From contig OZ245842.1 of assembly GCA_965228895.1 (NCBI GenBank), positions 1,792,001 to 1,856,000 of the forward strand: DNA of 64,000 bases, in the 5' to 3' direction. This DNA is from Alphaproteobacteria bacterium. Lineage in GTDB: Bacteria; Pseudomonadota; Alphaproteobacteria; SP197. Positions within the stretch are counted from its first letter, which is position 1, and every line of letters starts with the position of its first letter. The notes below the pieces were generated by a model. It was not told the DNA's origin. It made no database searches and saw nothing but the letters and a program-made list of their open reading frames with translations. This document shows positions 62,434 through 64,000 of this stretch, piece by piece. The position numbers and the translations under genes were made by a program.

Positions 62434-63057
62434 CTACAGCCGTTCGCCTTCGTCCGGTACACGCAGCGGTTTGTAGAGATCGTTGACGGTGAACGGCAGC
62501 AGCCCGCCGGCCTGATTGAGCTCGAACCGGAACACCGTGAGTTCCTGGTCTTCGCGCACCAGCTCGACCTTGGACAGCAGGATCTGTTGCGCCGGTTTGT
62601 CGGGCGAACGTTTGACGCTGACCATCGCCACGACCTCGATTGGCCAATCGGCGGTATGGTTGCGGTACATGTGGACGTTGACGGCGTACTCGCCCTCCGG
62701 AACGCCCCGGCTATAGGCCATTTCGTAGTTCATCGACGTGACGTCGCGAAAATGGCCGAGGTCGTCGCGCAACAGGTCAAAGATGACGCCGCCCCGGTTC
62801 GAGTAGCCCACCGGCACGTCGCCTGGACCCTGGACCCATAGATCGACATCGGCATCGACATGTTCGCGCCAGCGGATCTCGACGATCACGTTGCCGGGCG
62901 CCATCAGGTCGGCCTGCTTTTCCTCCGGCGGATTGACGTGGGGCAGAAGCAGAATGACGAGCGCCACGAACCCGAGCAGGGCGAGCATGATGACGTCGCG
63001 GAAGACCGTGCCGCCGGCATCCTCATCGAGCGGATCAAGCGCTCGCACGAGCCTCAC
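62434..63057 (-). CDS. Single-TM protein with Asp at the TM start and a DUF2135/YfaP-like soluble domain
   Basis: TVFRDVIMLALLGF TM; DADVDLWVQGP, LLRDDLG, NYE, GEYAVNVHMY; start may be GTG 63048. Confidence 0.75.
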   Translation of the reverse strand: MRLVRALDPLDEDAGGTVFRDVIMLALLGFVALVILLLPHVNPPEEKQADLMAPGNVIVEIRWREHVDADVDLWVQGPGDVPVGYSNRGGVIFDLLRDDLGHFRDVTSMNYEMAYSRGVPEGEYAVNVHMYRNHTADWPIEVVAMVSVKRSPDKPAQQILLSKVELVREDQELTVFRFELNQAGGLLPFTVNDLYKPLRVPDEGERL

Positions 63058-63733
63058 CCAATTCGACGACTGCGGCGATCAGGCGAACCGTGCCCGTTGC
63101 CAACAATTGATAGTTGGCCATCAGCCAAATGTTGAACACGGCGCCCACCAAGGTCGTCATGAGGGCCGTCGACATGCCCTGGATCAGCGTCGTCACCATG
63201 GCCGAAATCTTCTCGGTTTCACCGACCGTTTCGGGGTCGACACCGCTCAGCGCAATGATGAAACCAATGACCGTGCCAATCAGCCCCAGAAACACAAGAC
63301 TGTTGCCGATATGGCGTACCAGGGTGATCCGCTGGCTCAGTTTCAGTCGCAAGGACGACCCAAGGATCTGACGGCTCTGCGCGTCCTTGCCCGCGGTCTT
63401 CTCGAGATAGGAGGCGGCAATCGAGCCGGCTACCGGATCGGCTTGGCGGGCCCGGTTGATTTCTCGGCTGGTCTCGAAGACGTGCCAGCAGGCAAGCGCA
63501 AGACCGACCACAAATACACCCGCAATCACCAGGACAAGGTGGGTGCTGTCCGCCTGGACCACCCGTGATACCAGGCCACCGCCCCAAGCCGCGACCAACA
63601 GGGCAAGGGCAATGACGTTGAGCAGGCCAAACCGTAACAAAAGTAGGTAACTATAGGGATCATTGGCGGAATCGAGGCTCTGATCCCCGCTAATCGGGGC
63701 AGAACCCGGCATTTCTTCGGTGGTGGTCGTCAT
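63035..63733 (-). CDS. MotA/TolQ/ExbB proton-channel family protein
   Basis: LGLIGTVIGF and GMSTALMTTLVG signature helices; two N-terminal TM segments. Confidence 0.88.
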   Translation of the reverse strand: MTTTTEEMPGSAPISGDQSLDSANDPYSYLLLLRFGLLNVIALALLVAAWGGGLVSRVVQADSTHLVLVIAGVFVVGLALACWHVFETSREINRARQADPVAGSIAASYLEKTAGKDAQSRQILGSSLRLKLSQRITLVRHIGNSLVFLGLIGTVIGFIIALSGVDPETVGETEKISAMVTTLIQGMSTALMTTLVGAVFNIWLMANYQLLATGTVRLIAAVVELGEARASA

Positions 63734-63864
63734 GGCCGCCCCGGCTATTGGTCATAAAACCACTATAACGGCCGCCCGCAAGCGCACCAATCCAAGCTTT
63801 GTTGATCGCTGCGGGAGCGCGCCCTTGTTGCGCCGGCGCGCCTGCTGGGGCATGAAGCGGCCAT

Positions 63865-63977
63865 CTAGAGCAGATCCCATCAAAGCCGGTGAATCTGCTC
63901 TACTCATAGATAAAGAGCGGATTCACATGGTGAGGTGGAGCCGTCAGCAGGTTCCACCTCACCATGATCCGCTCTAG
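63865..63977. repeat. 113-bp CTAG-bounded palindromic repeat (resembles Bru-RS/CIR/RIME-type alphaproteobacterial elements)
   Basis: CTAGAGCAGAT...ATCTGCTCTA hairpin, AT-rich spacer, AGAGCGGAT...ATCCGCTCTAG hairpin. Confidence 0.8.
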
Positions 63978-64000
63978 CGCCGGAGCCAGCATGTCCGACA

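Noticed and set aside
61907-63733. Zorya anti-phage system or flagellar stator
   Set aside because: No long ZorA tail, no OmpA-like domain in the partner, and no ZorC/D/E or flagellar genes in the window.

Overview
GC-rich chromosomal window from an alphaproteobacterium, probably Rhodospirillales-like and possibly marine (inferred from nadE-gltX-cysS-cimA-trmJ synteny, a DUF1476/zeta gene, purC-S-Q-L-bolA-grxD and a DddP-like gene). Housekeeping genes (gor, class II DAHP synthase, pncB, nadE, gltX, cysS, cimA, rpsD, pur genes, ddl, map, sfsA, radC) are interleaved with amine/aromatic catabolic genes. No rRNA, tRNA, CRISPR array, transposase or prophage was seen. Most notable observations: (1) an ExbB/MotA-like three-gene membrane module with a non-canonical partner at 61907-63733; (2) two ~267-bp MITE-like elements with different sequences but the same predicted fold, one inserted into the start of purS and supplying its new start codon; (3) a PurC with substitutions concentrated in catalytic motifs; (4) a Cys-Cys leader peptide upstream of cysS; (5) an 8-gene putative methylated-amine catabolic cluster (SBP, CocE, TMADH-like, MttB-like, Rieske, 2-HADH, HpaB-like, RidA); (6) a palindromic insertion duplicating the purQ/purL junction; (7) a LexA box on a VOC gene. 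All family calls are by eye from motifs; no database search was run.
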